From: an uncultured Clostridia bacterium
GTDB lineage: Bacteria > Bacillota > Clostridia > TANB77 > CAG-508
NCBI GenBank assembly: GCA_947581805.1
Contig: CANPVM010000001.1
Coordinates: forward strand, 249,712 to 313,711
Reading direction: 5' to 3'
DNA length: 64,000 bases
Made by a program: the position numbers and the translations under genes. Below are positions 1 to 10,737 of this stretch, piece after piece (position 1 is the first letter of the stretch; each line of letters starts with the position of its first letter). Under the pieces are notes generated by a model. It saw only the letters and a list, made by a program, of their open reading frames with translations, had not been told where the DNA came from and ran no database searches.

Positions 1-18
1 TAAGAAAGGAGAAAAAAA

Positions 19-1467
19 GTGAAAAAATTCATAGAAATCATTAAAAGAAAATGGCTAAAAGATACTTTTTTAACGATTTTATTAATTGTTATTATATTTG
101 CCATTTATTTTGGAATTAATTATGGAGTAGAAAAATTAAATTTAGAGGATATTGATTTAACAACAGATAAAGTTTACTCTATATCAGAAAGCACAAAAAC
201 TAAGTTAGGCAACTTGGAAAAAGAAGTACAAATACAATTATTAAATTTAGGAAACTATACTTATTTACTAGACTTTACGAATAAATACACACAATTAAAT
301 TCGAATATTACTGTAGAAAGAATCGACGACTTAACAAGTAGACCAGATATCATGAATACTTATTCATTACAGTCAACAGATAGTCTTATTATTATCAAGT
401 CAGGAGAAAGAGAAACCGTATTATCATTATATGATTTATATACTTATGACTATACAACTTATGAACAAATTGATATTACAGAAGAGGCAATTACTAATGC
501 TATTATAGAGGTTACGATTGAAGAAAAGCCAAAAGTATATTTCTTAACAGGTCATAATTATTATGATGATAGTTATTTTCAATTAGTGCAACAAGATATT
601 ACAGCAGAAGCAAATGAAATAGCAAGTTTAAACCTTTTAACAACAGGAAGTGTACCAGAAGATTGTGATTGTTTAGTAATTACCACTTTAAAAGAAGATT
701 TAACAGAGATGGAAAGAGACCAATTAATAGACTATAGTAATAAAGGTGGAAAAATTTTATTACTTGCAGATAGTAATATTTTAGGTATTGATACGCCAAA
801 CTTTAATCAATTATTAGATTTATATGGATTTTCTATTTCAGAAGGAATTTTAATGGAACAAAATCAAAACCAAATGGTATATGGTTCACCTGAATTCATT
901 ATCTCTGAAATTGATAGTAGTATTCTAAGCCAAAACCTTAACATGAATATGAATATTTGTGTTATTGACAGTGGTAAAATTAATTTTAAAGATGAAGAAG
1001 CATTAGAAAGTTTAGGAGTTACTTATCGTACTTTGGCACAAACTAGTGATACTGCATTTTTAAGAACAAATTTAAATATTTCTACAATGTCAAAAACAAA
1101 TCAAGATACCGATGCAGGAAATAGTATCATAGGAGCTTTAGTAGCAAGAACTCTAGAAAATGGTACACAAGCAGAAATGATAGTATATGCTAATGCGGTT
1201 TTTGCAACTAATCAACAAATTAATATGAATAATGCTTATGCTATTTATGCAAATAAAATCTGCAACAATGATGATGTTGTAATTAACAGTGTTTCTTATT
1301 TAACACAAAGAACAGATACTATTACCATTAGAAAAGATACAGATAGTGTTAGCTATACTGTTACAGAAACACAACACAATATTATTGTAGCAATTATTTT
1401 CATAGTACCAGTTGTTATTATTGTTATTGGTATTGTAGTATGGCAAGTTCGTAGAAGAAAAAAATAG
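19..1467 (+). CDS. GldG-like ABC-transporter auxiliary membrane protein (N- and C-terminal TM anchors)
   Basis: GTG start with RBS aaaggag upstream; TM helix at both ends; N-terminal segment 'IDLTTDKVYSISESTKTKL' and 'VYFLTGHNYYDD' resemble GldG/ABC_transp_aux motifs (DLTxxxxYxLS, FLxGHGE). Confidence 0.4.
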   Translation: MKKFIEIIKRKWLKDTFLTILLIVIIFAIYFGINYGVEKLNLEDIDLTTDKVYSISESTKTKLGNLEKEVQIQLLNLGNYTYLLDFTNKYTQLNSNITVERIDDLTSRPDIMNTYSLQSTDSLIIIKSGERETVLSLYDLYTYDYTTYEQIDITEEAITNAIIEVTIEEKPKVYFLTGHNYYDDSYFQLVQQDITAEANEIASLNLLTTGSVPEDCDCLVITTLKEDLTEMERDQLIDYSNKGGKILLLADSNILGIDTPNFNQLLDLYGFSISEGILMEQNQNQMVYGSPEFIISEIDSSILSQNLNMNMNICVIDSGKINFKDEEALESLGVTYRTLAQTSDTAFLRTNLNISTMSKTNQDTDAGNSIIGALVARTLENGTQAEMIVYANAVFATNQQINMNNAYAIYANKICNNDDVVINSVSYLTQRTDTITIRKDTDSVSYTVTETQHNIIVAIIFIVPVVIIVIGIVVWQVRRRKK

Positions 1468-1481
1468 AATAAACACCGAAA

Positions 1482-1513
1482 AACTCTCATAATATTAAAT
1501 GAGAGTTTTTTTG
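1482..1513 (+). terminator. rho-independent terminator (aactctcat/atgagagtt stem + T-run)
   Basis: 9-bp inverted repeat followed by tttttt immediately after stop of upstream gene. Confidence 0.7.
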
Positions 1514-1543
1514 TGTTTAACTATAATAATAAGGAGTTGTATT

Positions 1544-2560
1544 TTGAAGAACATTAGCAAAGTTGTAATGGTAATTATGGGAACGCTAATAGGAGCAGGT
1601 TTTGCTTCTGGAAGAGAAATTTATGTGTTCTTTAGCCAGTTTGGCTACCTAGGGCTCATCGGTATTATTTTATCCAGTGGATTTACTGCTTATATTATTT
1701 ATTTAGTCCTAAAACAGGTAAAAGAAAAAGATATTAACAATTATGCAAGTTTATTAAACTGTATTCATTCTAGTAATTCTAAAATAAATACATATCTTCA
1801 TACCATTGTAAATAGTTTTTTACTTATTTCTTTCTTTATTATGATAGCAGGTTTTAGTGCTTATATGCAACAAGCCTATGAATTTCCTATTTATATTTCT
1901 AGTATCATTTTTATTTTTCTTTGTGATACTGTATTTTTCAAAAGTTTACAAGGAATCATGAAAATAAATAGTTACTTAGTTCCAATTTTATTATTATTTA
2001 TTTTCTATTTAGGAATTAAAAATGTCCCTTATTTAATAGAAAGTAAGGTGAGCATAGAGATAGAAACAAAACAAGTAGGTTTTTTTATTAATAGTATTTT
2101 ATATACAAGCTATAATAGTATTGTTTTAATTCCTATTTTAATTACAATGAAATCGTATTGCCAAACAAAAAAAGACATACTAAGGGTTGCTTTTATTTGT
2201 GGTATTATACTTATCTTACTCTCTTTTAGCATTTATGGTTTATTATTAAAAGGACAATTTTTTGTAAAAGATTTAGAAATGCCATTATTAGAAATCACAT
2301 TAGAATTTGGTAAAATATTTCAATATATTTATGGATTTGTTATTATTTGTTCTATTTTTACATCAGCCATAGCCACTGGTTATAGTTTTCTAGAAAATGT
2401 TAGTAAAAATAAAAAGGTTTATTATAGAAATTTAATTTTAATCAGCATTATTGGGGTTCTTGTTTCTTATATTGGCTTTTCAAAATTAGTACAAATTTTA
2501 TATCCAGTTTTTGGCATGTTAGGACTGATACAGCTTGGAATGATTTTTCAAAAAAAATAA
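1544..2560 (+). CDS. YkvI-family polytopic membrane protein (putative transporter)
   Basis: Motif 'GTLIGAGFASGREI' typical of YkvI family; about 10 TM helices; ORF-track start 1499 lies inside the upstream terminator hairpin, so a TTG at 1544 with RBS aaggag 7 nt upstream is the likelier start. Confidence 0.6.
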   Translation: MKNISKVVMVIMGTLIGAGFASGREIYVFFSQFGYLGLIGIILSSGFTAYIIYLVLKQVKEKDINNYASLLNCIHSSNSKINTYLHTIVNSFLLISFFIMIAGFSAYMQQAYEFPIYISSIIFIFLCDTVFFKSLQGIMKINSYLVPILLLFIFYLGIKNVPYLIESKVSIEIETKQVGFFINSILYTSYNSIVLIPILITMKSYCQTKKDILRVAFICGIILILLSFSIYGLLLKGQFFVKDLEMPLLEITLEFGKIFQYIYGFVIICSIFTSAIATGYSFLENVSKNKKVYYRNLILISIIGVLVSYIGFSKLVQILYPVFGMLGLIQLGMIFQKK

Positions 2561-2702
2561 ATATGTTACCGTATTTTTAATAATTGTAAAACAAGAATTA
2601 TTATGTAATAATCTTAAAAGAAGAAATGTATAAAATGTACTTGAAAAAAAACGTAAAAACTGATATAAAAAAGAAAAAGAAGTAATAAAATAGGAGTTAT
2701 AA

Positions 2703-3899
2703 ATGAAAATAATTGGAATAGAAAACCAAGAAGAACAAGCAAAACAACTAAATCGAAAAAAAATGATTATAACTATTATTATCTCTATTATATTAATGAT
2801 ATTTCTTGTATTGTTTTGTTTTTATATAGGAAATAAATCCTTTCGTGACTTTATGGACAAATATGTATTAATGAAAAATGTAGTAGAAAATCACGTTAAT
2901 TCTATTAACATAGAGGAGACAGAAGGCTATGAGGTATATGCTTATGATAAATATATTAGCATCCTTCGTCAAAACACACTAACTGGTTATAATAGCTCTG
3001 GAAAAAAAGAATATGAATTAACTATTGAAATATCGAACCCTATTGTAGATACCAATAACCGATTTTTACTAATTGCAGAAAAGGGAAAACAAAAAATTTA
3101 CTTAATTTCTGGAAGTAACATTGTTTGGGAGAAAGAATTAGAAGGAAACATTAGTCGCGTTTCTGTTAACAAAAATGGATATGTATCTGTAGTGTTAACA
3201 GGAACCACGCATAAATCTGTTGTTCAAACTTTTGATGCACAAGGAAATCAAATGTTTAAAACATTCTTATCAAGTTCAATTGCTATGGACACCGATATTT
3301 CTTATGACAATAAGTATTTAAGTATTGCAGAAATAAGCACAAATGGTACTGCTACACAATCTATGATAAAAACCATTTCTATTCAAAAAGCACAAATGCA
3401 AGAAACAGTATCAGAAGCGATTATTTCTACAATAACTTCACCAAATGATAGTACAATTCTAAATCTAAAATATCAAGAAGGAAATAGACTAGTTTGTATG
3501 TATAATAATTCAATTCATGTTATTCAAAATGGAAAAGATGAGGAGTTATTAAACTTACAGGAAAAGCAAACAAAAATTGTTTTTGCAGATGCGGAATTAA
3601 CAAACTTTGCATTTCGAATCATAGAAAAAAGTGTACTATTAAGTACACAAAGTAGTGTGGAATTAGTAAACATTGCAAGCAAAAAAACAAATATTTATAC
3701 AGTAGATAGTGTTATAAAAGAGGTTTATACTTATGATAATTGTGTTGCATTAAATTTAGGGTCAGAAGTTCATTTTATTGGAACCAATGGATGGCTTAGC
3801 AAAAAATATATTTCATCACAAGAAGTAAGAAAAATTGTAATGAATTCTCATTTTGCAGGTATTATTTATCGTGACAAAATAGAAATTGTAGAATTCTAA
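2703..3899 (+). CDS. hypothetical membrane-anchored protein (single N-terminal TM, large extracytoplasmic domain)
   Basis: ORF with RBS taggag; N-terminal TM 'IITIIISIILMIFLVLFCFYIG'; no recognisable catalytic motif. Confidence 0.5.
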   Translation: MKIIGIENQEEQAKQLNRKKMIITIIISIILMIFLVLFCFYIGNKSFRDFMDKYVLMKNVVENHVNSINIEETEGYEVYAYDKYISILRQNTLTGYNSSGKKEYELTIEISNPIVDTNNRFLLIAEKGKQKIYLISGSNIVWEKELEGNISRVSVNKNGYVSVVLTGTTHKSVVQTFDAQGNQMFKTFLSSSIAMDTDISYDNKYLSIAEISTNGTATQSMIKTISIQKAQMQETVSEAIISTITSPNDSTILNLKYQEGNRLVCMYNNSIHVIQNGKDEELLNLQEKQTKIVFADAELTNFAFRIIEKSVLLSTQSSVELVNIASKKTNIYTVDSVIKEVYTYDNCVALNLGSEVHFIGTNGWLSKKYISSQEVRKIVMNSHFAGIIYRDKIEIVEF

Positions 3900-3912
3900 A
3901 AGGAGGAAAAAA

Positions 3913-4569
3913 ATGTCTATTATTATTGATTTAATCATTGTAGCAATTTTTGCTTTATGTATCTTTTTTGGATACCAAAAGGGATTAACAAAATGTATGA
4001 TAAAAATATTATCTTTTTTTATAGCTATTGTAGTGGCAGCCATTCTATTTAAACCAGTAAGCAATTTTATGATTCAAAATACACAAATAGATGATACCAT
4101 AAAAGAGGCAGTAGTTAATTTAGTTAGTGATGATATAGAAGATAATGGAGAAGTAAAAGAAGACACCAATCTTCCACAGGCAATGATAAATTATATTAAT
4201 GAAGCCGTAAAAAATGCAACTGAGGAAACCAAAAATAATGTTATCCAAGTAGCTGCAGAAGAAATTGCCACAACTACAGTCAATCTTGGAGTAGCTATTC
4301 TTTTATTTATTATAGTAAGAATTGGATTAATTTTTGTCAGCGCTTTATCAAAACTAATTACGGATTTACCAATTATTAAGCAATTTGATAAAACAGGTGG
4401 AATCTTATATGGAGCCTTAAAAGCATTGGTTATTGTATTTGTTATTTTAGCACTTATTTCTTTTATTAGCCCAATGATAGAGCAAACAGGTATTATTGTA
4501 GCAATTAATAAATCTTTTATTGGAAGTGCTTTATACAATCATAATATTTTATTAAATATAGTATTATAA
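3913..4569 (+). CDS. cvpA: CvpA-family membrane protein
   Basis: N-terminus 'MSIIIDLIIVAIFALCIFFGYQKGLTK' and overall 4-TM architecture characteristic of CvpA; RBS aaggagg. Confidence 0.6.
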   Translation: MSIIIDLIIVAIFALCIFFGYQKGLTKCMIKILSFFIAIVVAAILFKPVSNFMIQNTQIDDTIKEAVVNLVSDDIEDNGEVKEDTNLPQAMINYINEAVKNATEETKNNVIQVAAEEIATTTVNLGVAILLFIIVRIGLIFVSALSKLITDLPIIKQFDKTGGILYGALKALVIVFVILALISFISPMIEQTGIIVAINKSFIGSALYNHNILLNIVL

Positions 4570-4645
4570 AAAATTCAATAAAGTTATTGCTATTTTTGAC
4601 ATATTTTGATATACTTCTTTTACGTGAAAAATAGGAGTGAAAAAA

Positions 4646-6022
4646 TTGAAGAAACAAATCGATAAAAAAGAAAAAAACAAAGAAAATAATAAAGAAAAAA
4701 ATAAAACAAAGAAAAAAACAAGTAAAATAAGAAAAGTATTCAAAATAATTCTTTTAATTTTATGTATTCTTCTTATTGGATATGGATGTTACTTTGGATA
4801 TCAATATTATAAACATACAAGTGGAATGCAAGGAAAAGAGTATGACCCTCTATCTGCAACAGCACTTGGAATTGATCCACAAAAATTAAAATCAATTGGT
4901 AGAATTAACATTTTAATTTTAGGTGAAAGTGGAATAGGAGATGGTTACAAATTAACTGATAGCATTATGATTGCATCTTATAACCCACAAACACAACAAG
5001 CCTCTTTATTATCTATTCCAAGAGATACATATGTGGGTAAAAAAGATAAGAATTCTGCTTCCCAAAATTATTTAGCAAGTTATAAAATGAATGCAGTTTA
5101 TCGTAATGGAACTAATATTGATGAAACCATAGAATGCGTTAGCAATTTAACAGGTCTAGATTTACCATATTATATTTTAGTAGATACGGATGCTATTATT
5201 GAAATTGTAGATGCAATTGGTGGAGTTTGGTTCAATGTGCCAATTGATATGGATTATGAAGATAGAAAACAAGATTTATACATTCATTTAAAAGCAGGAG
5301 AACAATTAATTGATGGAGCAAAAGCAGAACAACTACTTCGTTTCCGTCATAATCAAGATATGACTAGTTATCCTGTAGAATATGGTGATAATGATATTGG
5401 ACGAATGAGAACACAAAGAGAATTTCTTCAAGAAACAGCAAAGCAATTATTAAAAATAGAAAATGTAACTAAAGTATTAAATTTATTAGATATTGTTAAA
5501 AATAATGTAAAAAGCAATTTAGATTTTGAAACATTAAAATATTATATTCCATATGCTTTTAAGTTTAATACATCTAATATTCTTTCTGATACATTACCAG
5601 GAAAATCAGAGCAATGCAATGGAATTTGGATTTATACAGCAAATAAGACAAAAACCGCACAAGTAGTGCAAGATTTATTTACAGATAAAGTAATAGTAGA
5701 AGAAGAGGATACAAATTCTACTACAAATACAGTGGAAAGTGAAAATGCAAAAGAAAATGGAATTACTATAGAACTATTAGATGGAACAGAAAATAGTGGA
5801 ATTTTTACAAAGGCAAAAGAACAATTAAAAGCACAAGGTTATGAAATTAGTAAAAGTGGAAGTACATCTTCTACTGCCAAAACAATGATTATTAATCGAA
5901 CCAATCAAGCAAGTAGTGTTTCTAAAGATATTCAATCTATTTTAGGGGTAGGAACATTAACAAGTGGTTCAGATAATGCAAAAGTAGACTATACTATTAT
6001 TATTGGAAAAGATTATGAATAA
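4646..6022 (+). CDS. LytR-CpsA-Psr (LCP) family cell-wall polymer transferase with C-terminal LytR_C-like domain
   Basis: TM anchor then 'NILILGESG...DSIMIASYNP...SIPRDTYV' LCP core motifs; Lys-rich cytoplasmic N-terminus; start TTG 4646 (or GTG 4637) after RBS aggag. Confidence 0.8.
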   Translation: MKKQIDKKEKNKENNKEKNKTKKKTSKIRKVFKIILLILCILLIGYGCYFGYQYYKHTSGMQGKEYDPLSATALGIDPQKLKSIGRINILILGESGIGDGYKLTDSIMIASYNPQTQQASLLSIPRDTYVGKKDKNSASQNYLASYKMNAVYRNGTNIDETIECVSNLTGLDLPYYILVDTDAIIEIVDAIGGVWFNVPIDMDYEDRKQDLYIHLKAGEQLIDGAKAEQLLRFRHNQDMTSYPVEYGDNDIGRMRTQREFLQETAKQLLKIENVTKVLNLLDIVKNNVKSNLDFETLKYYIPYAFKFNTSNILSDTLPGKSEQCNGIWIYTANKTKTAQVVQDLFTDKVIVEEEDTNSTTNTVESENAKENGITIELLDGTENSGIFTKAKEQLKAQGYEISKSGSTSSTAKTMIINRTNQASSVSKDIQSILGVGTLTSGSDNAKVDYTIIIGKDYE

Positions 6023-6026
6023 AAAA

Positions 6027-6060
6027 ATAGGGCTTAGATAAATTCTATGCCCTATTTTTA
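6027..6060. terminator. bidirectional terminator between convergent genes (atagggc/gccctat stem + T-run)
   Basis: 7-bp GC-containing inverted repeat flanked by A-run and T-run between + gene end 6022 and - gene end 6063. Confidence 0.7.
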
Positions 6061-6062
6061 TT

Positions 6063-7409
6063 TTACCAATATAAATAATTATCTTTATCACGCATGTGTT
6101 TTTTCGCTCTATTTGTTTTCTTAAAAGATTTTTTTCTCTTTCCTTTTTTCTTATTATTAATCGTTAGTAAGCGATATAAAAGGAATAATACAATAACAAT
6201 AGAAACAATAGTTAAAAAATCATGAAATGCATTAGATTGTACTACATCTGCTCCAGCTAGTAATTCAGAAGTATAAGTGTTTCCATCAACATCATAAGTA
6301 ATGGTTCCAATTACAGTATTTTGAGCAATAGGAGCTACTAGCTCGGAAGATATATCAATTGTTGGTGTAATGGTAGTAACATTAGTGTCTTTCTTTAGTA
6401 ATAAAGTTATATTGTCTTTCACAACAAGATTTAAATTTTTAGTTGTACCTGTTGCTTTTGAAACTTTCACTTGCTTTAAAACAGAATTTTCTTCATGCAT
6501 AGTATAGGTTTTATAATTATCAAAGGCATAATTAAATAAATTGATACAATCAAGGTATCGACCACTTAATCCATTTTCTGTTTTATCGGCTCCTAAAATC
6601 ACGACAATATATTCTACACCATCTTTTTTACTACTAGCCACAATACAATTTTTAGCAGCGTTAGTGTAGCCGGTTTTAATTCCAGTTGTATAAGGATAAT
6701 AGTAATTATCAACACTATCTCGTTCATCTGGAACTAAAAGTTCATTGGTAGTTTTAAAATAACGGTCCGATTTATCATATTGATTTGTAGCAGGAAGTGT
6801 ATATTTAGTGGTAGAAACGATTTTACGAAATGTTTCATTTTGCATTGCATAACGCCCTAATAATGCTAAATCATAGGCACTAGAATAATGATTTTCGTTT
6901 TGAACACCATTTGGATTTACAAAATTAGTATCCTGCATACCAAGCTCTAAAGCTTTTGTATTCATCATAGTAGCAAAGCTTTCTACAGAGCCGGCAATAT
7001 GCTCTGCCAAAACATTGGCTGCATCATTAGCAGAAGGAATTAATAAAATATGCAACAATTGATCAATAGTAAGAACTTCTCCTTCTACTAGGGAAGCATG
7101 GGTATAGCCAACAGGAACACTATAAATTGCGTTATGGCTAACCGTTGCAGTATCAGTTAAGGCACAATTTTCTAATGTTAAAATCGCTGTCATAATTTTT
7201 GTAGTACTAGCTGGTGGTACTTTAGCATGTGCATCTTTTTCGTAAATAATTTTCCCTGTAGAGGCTTCCATTAAAATGCAGTAAGGAGAATAAGTAGTAA
7301 TAGAAGAAGTCTCCGCTAAGGAGGTGGTAGAAAACAAAGGGAATATAAAAGCTAGTATAACCATGAAAGTTAAAAACGCAGTACTTTTCTTTTTCATTTT
7401 TTTCCTCAT
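6063..7409 (-). CDS. dacB: D-alanyl-D-alanine carboxypeptidase (S11, PBP5/DacB-type) with C-terminal TM and basic tail
   Basis: Signal peptide; active-site SxxK 'ASTTKIMTAIL'; SxN and KTG motifs ('IKTGYT'); C-terminal PBP5_C-like domain. Confidence 0.8.
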   Translation of the reverse strand: MRKKMKKKSTAFLTFMVILAFIFPLFSTTSLAETSSITTYSPYCILMEASTGKIIYEKDAHAKVPPASTTKIMTAILTLENCALTDTATVSHNAIYSVPVGYTHASLVEGEVLTIDQLLHILLIPSANDAANVLAEHIAGSVESFATMMNTKALELGMQDTNFVNPNGVQNENHYSSAYDLALLGRYAMQNETFRKIVSTTKYTLPATNQYDKSDRYFKTTNELLVPDERDSVDNYYYPYTTGIKTGYTNAAKNCIVASSKKDGVEYIVVILGADKTENGLSGRYLDCINLFNYAFDNYKTYTMHEENSVLKQVKVSKATGTTKNLNLVVKDNITLLLKKDTNVTTITPTIDISSELVAPIAQNTVIGTITYDVDGNTYTSELLAGADVVQSNAFHDFLTIVSIVIVLFLLYRLLTINNKKKGKRKKSFKKTNRAKKHMRDKDNYLYW

Positions 7410-7545
7410 TTCTTATTTTAAAATTGTTAATTATATTTTATGTTTTATTTTTCTCTTTTATGTTAGTTATCATATCGTAGTTCATATAGAAATTCAAGTA
7501 TTTTAAGTAGAATTAAGAAAAAAATCATTTTTATAAGGAGGTTTT

Positions 7546-8202
7546 ATGCAAGAAAGCAAAAAGAAATTTTTTACGATAGGGGCAATTATTGTTATTTTAG
7601 GGATAGGGGGAATGGCATATTATATTTTTCAAAGTCAAAACGAAGATATCGATTTTGAAGAATTAGATATTACGGTTCAAAGTAATGTAGAAAATAGTGT
7701 AGAAAGCAGTGTAGAGAATGAGGTAGAAAAAGAAATTGTTGTTCATATTTCTGGACAAGTAGTAAATGCAGGTGTCATCTCTTTAAAGGAAGGTGCAAGA
7801 ATTATTGATGCAATCAATAAAGCAGGAGGATTAACAAAAGAAGCGGACATTAATAAAGTAAATTTAGCTTATGTACTAGCAGATGCACAAAAAATTTATA
7901 TTCCCAGTGTGAATGATAAAGAAGAAGTATCTTTCGTTTCAGAAGGAAATGAAGATAGTAAAATAGTAACTAGTGGAAGCAATCAAAGTAAAGAAAAAGA
8001 AGAAGCATTGATGATAAATATCAATACAGCAAGTGCAGAAGAATTGCAAAAATTGCCTGGTATTGGTAGTAGTATTGCAGCTAAAATAGTTGCTTATAGA
8101 AAAGAAAATGGGAAATTTAATACCATAGAAGATATTCAAAATGTAAGTGGAATAGGAACAAGCAAATATAATAGTATAAAAAATAATATTTGTATAAAAT
8201 AA
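7546..8202 (+). CDS. comEA: competence protein ComEA (SLBB + tandem helix-hairpin-helix DNA-binding domain)
   Basis: N-terminal TM; C-terminal 'ININTASAEELQKLPGIGSSIAAKIVAYRKENGKFNTIEDIQNVSGIG' HhH motif. Confidence 0.85.
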   Translation: MQESKKKFFTIGAIIVILGIGGMAYYIFQSQNEDIDFEELDITVQSNVENSVESSVENEVEKEIVVHISGQVVNAGVISLKEGARIIDAINKAGGLTKEADINKVNLAYVLADAQKIYIPSVNDKEEVSFVSEGNEDSKIVTSGSNQSKEKEEALMININTASAEELQKLPGIGSSIAAKIVAYRKENGKFNTIEDIQNVSGIGTSKYNSIKNNICIK

Positions 8203-8265
8203 TTTAAAATAGGTGACAAAGTTCGACAAACAAAAGTAACATAATATGTTATACTAATAATCGAG

Positions 8266-8451
8266 GTGATGAGTATGAAGGAGATGTACCAAAAATCACT
8301 ACAAATGATAAAAGATTTACAAAGGATTCCAACACAGGAAGAATGGAATAGTATAGCCAAAGAAAAGTGTTTAATGAGCTATACAACTTTGGAATATATA
8401 GAAAACAAAAGATTTCACACCTTGTGTAAAAAGTTAAGAAAAGCTAGCTAA
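8266..8451 (+). CDS. small hypothetical protein (61 aa)
   Basis: ORF preceded by RBS gaggtg; no recognisable domain. Confidence 0.3.
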   Translation: MMSMKEMYQKSLQMIKDLQRIPTQEEWNSIAKEKCLMSYTTLEYIENKRFHTLCKKLRKAS

Positions 8452-8663
8452 ATAGGCTGGCTTTTCTTAAAATTCTTAATATCAATAAAAAAAGGTTGTT
8501 TATAAAAAATAACAAAGCTATTTCATTCAAGAAATTGCATAAATTTCAAAATTTTACATATATTAAAAAGAGTAGTTAAGATGAAATGTAGAAAAATAAT
8601 AATCAATTATTACAGAAAAAATAAGAAAAAGGGATATAAATACGAAAATATTTTGCCAAAGGG

Positions 8664-8692
8664 TTGACTTTTTTGCTATTTGGCGTTATACT
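8664..8692 (+). promoter_or_regulatory. sigma-A promoter of tRNA gene (TTGACT-17-TATACT)
   Basis: Near-consensus -35 (8664-8669) and -10 (8687-8692) with 17-nt spacer, 44 nt upstream of tRNA 5' end. Confidence 0.7.
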
Positions 8693-8736
8693 AAAAAAGC
8701 AGTTGAAATTATGTAACACAAATTTATATTATACAT

Positions 8737-8812
<76 letters not shown>

Positions 8813-8821
8813 AATATTTAA

Positions 8822-8862
8822 AGCCTAGTAGATTACAAAAATCTACTAGGCTCTATTTTTTT
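8822..8862 (+). terminator. rho-independent terminator after tRNA (gcctagtagat/atctactaggc + T-run)
   Basis: 11-bp perfect inverted repeat followed by ttttttt. Confidence 0.8.
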
Positions 8863-8934
8863 AATGCAAAATATACTTTTCATATATACAGCTAAGTGAT
8901 ATAATAGTAAAAAAATGTAAAAAAAGAGGGAAAA

Positions 8935-10734
8935 ATGTCAGAAATCAAAGAAGAAATATTACAGCAATATGGTATCTATCAAAAAAGAAAATTAAAAGAA
9001 AATGAAAAGATGCAATTGCTAAAAATCAAACAAGAGATAGAAAAAATAATAAAAATACCAATAGAGAAATTATACTTAGCAGAAGAAGCGGCATGGGGAA
9101 AAGAGCCAGAGAAATCTGCTTATAGTATCTGTGTATTAGTAGATAAAAGGACCAAAGACTTAAGAGAAAAAATAGATTTACTAATTCCTTATGCAAAAAA
9201 TAAAAAAATAGATATTGCATTAAGAGCAATGTGCCAATTTGAAAAAAGAAAAATGATACCAACAGAAAAAGATTATTATATTCATCAATATGGTATTAAA
9301 GTATATGATAGTGGAAAAGAGCCAGAAATTAATGAAAGTTTAGGAGCTACGCAATACGGAAGATATATGGAATATCATAGGGAATTCAGAAACTTTCTTC
9401 ATACAAATGTAGACTATTGGATGAATGAAACTGTTAGAATATATACTTTAAAAATGGGATATGCACTTATTAGTCGAAATGCAGAATTAGAAAGAGATTG
9501 TAATTTTGCAAAATTAATAACAAAAGATAAAAAAATTATTAGCATGATAGACTCTTATTTAGAGCAAACTGAGCAGAAAGCAAAAGAAAAAATATTAGAT
9601 GAGTTTGAAGAATATGTAACTAGTTTAAAACAAGTAAAATTTTCAGCAAAATTAGAAGAAAAACCAACCATGAAGGTATACGAAAAATTATTAAAAAGAA
9701 AACAGAAGCAAGGAACATTAGATATAAAAACCCTAACAAAAGACGATTTATATACTATGTATATTATACAGGATATTGATACTAGCCTAATAGCAGAATT
9801 ATATGGAGTAGAAAATAAAAAAATAGCAGAGAAAAGAAATTCTTGGCAAATCAAGAGAAGAGAAGCGGCCTTTACCAATACAGATGAAATAATAAAGAAA
9901 ACAATAGAATCCGCAGAAATGCAAAGCTCTATATATGCTTATGCTTTACTAAAGAAAAGTGGAATTATGGGCTTCGAAAAATGTACATTACCAATTCTAA
10001 AATATATGCTAGATAATGAAGTTTATTTATTAAAAGAATTTTGGCAATTTACTAAAAATGAAAAAAATAAAGAAGAAAAATTAATTTTTGGAGACACAAA
10101 ATATTCCTATTGTCAAGCAAGTATGGCTGTAGAACTATTATTACAAAACAACTTAATAAAAGAGGTAGATTTTAAACAATATCAAATTACAAAAGAAGGG
10201 AAGGAGTTAGTTTGGTATTGCATACAAAATGATATAGAAGAGATTACTATTCCAATTATTAATAAAAAATTTAAAAATGTTCAATATTATGAATTATATT
10301 ACACAGAAGAGTATCCTACTGATATCGAAGAAGTTACATGGGAAAAATTGTACCATAAATGGAATGAATATTGTCATGAAAACTTCCCTGAATTATTAAG
10401 AGAAGAAAATTTACCAATTGAAAATGAAGTAAAAAATGAAGAAGAGATTGCATTAGTTTGGATGTACTTATTCTTTTCTAATTTAGAATGGAGAAATCTT
10501 TTTCCAAAGCAATGGGAAAAAACAATCTTTATAGGTATCAATGATATTTTAAATCCAATTCGCCAACAAATAAAAGAAAAGTCAATTTCAGTTGTTATGA
10601 AAGAGGATTTTCAATTAACTCAATTTTTAGATATTTCAAATGTAACAAAATATATAGAAATAGAAAAAGTAGAAGATATGGTAGAATATGCAGCAGTTTC
10701 CTGTGCGTATTTAATAAAAATAAGAGAAAGGTAA
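8935..10734 (+). CDS. hypothetical protein, island operon gene 1 (599 aa); central ~190-aa module paralogous to N-terminus of gene 2
   Basis: RBS agaggg; residues ~245-440 ('KVYEKLLKRKQKQGTLDIKTLTKDDLYTMYI...IAELYGVENKKIAEKRNSWQIK...LLKEFWQF...AVELLLQNNLIKEVDFKQYQITKEGKEL') align with residues 1-195 of the next ORF; HTH-like character. Confidence 0.6.
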   Translation: MSEIKEEILQQYGIYQKRKLKENEKMQLLKIKQEIEKIIKIPIEKLYLAEEAAWGKEPEKSAYSICVLVDKRTKDLREKIDLLIPYAKNKKIDIALRAMCQFEKRKMIPTEKDYYIHQYGIKVYDSGKEPEINESLGATQYGRYMEYHREFRNFLHTNVDYWMNETVRIYTLKMGYALISRNAELERDCNFAKLITKDKKIISMIDSYLEQTEQKAKEKILDEFEEYVTSLKQVKFSAKLEEKPTMKVYEKLLKRKQKQGTLDIKTLTKDDLYTMYIIQDIDTSLIAELYGVENKKIAEKRNSWQIKRREAAFTNTDEIIKKTIESAEMQSSIYAYALLKKSGIMGFEKCTLPILKYMLDNEVYLLKEFWQFTKNEKNKEEKLIFGDTKYSYCQASMAVELLLQNNLIKEVDFKQYQITKEGKELVWYCIQNDIEEITIPIINKKFKNVQYYELYYTEEYPTDIEEVTWEKLYHKWNEYCHENFPELLREENLPIENEVKNEEEIALVWMYLFFSNLEWRNLFPKQWEKTIFIGINDILNPIRQQIKEKSISVVMKEDFQLTQFLDISNVTKYIEIEKVEDMVEYAAVSCAYLIKIRER

Positions 10735-10737
10735 AAC

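Noticed and set aside
3816-4538. Minus-strand ORFs 3816-4064 and 4191-4538 overlapping cvpA and its neighbour
   Set aside because: They are fully embedded antisense to well-supported genes and carry low-complexity hydrophobic sequence. Spurious.
8935-10734. Considered the first island gene (599 aa) as a degenerate integrase because of its position next to the tRNA
   Set aside because: No R...HxxR...Y tyrosine-recombinase motif set and no serine-recombinase N-terminal motif is visible. It instead shares a paralogous HTH-like module with the next gene.
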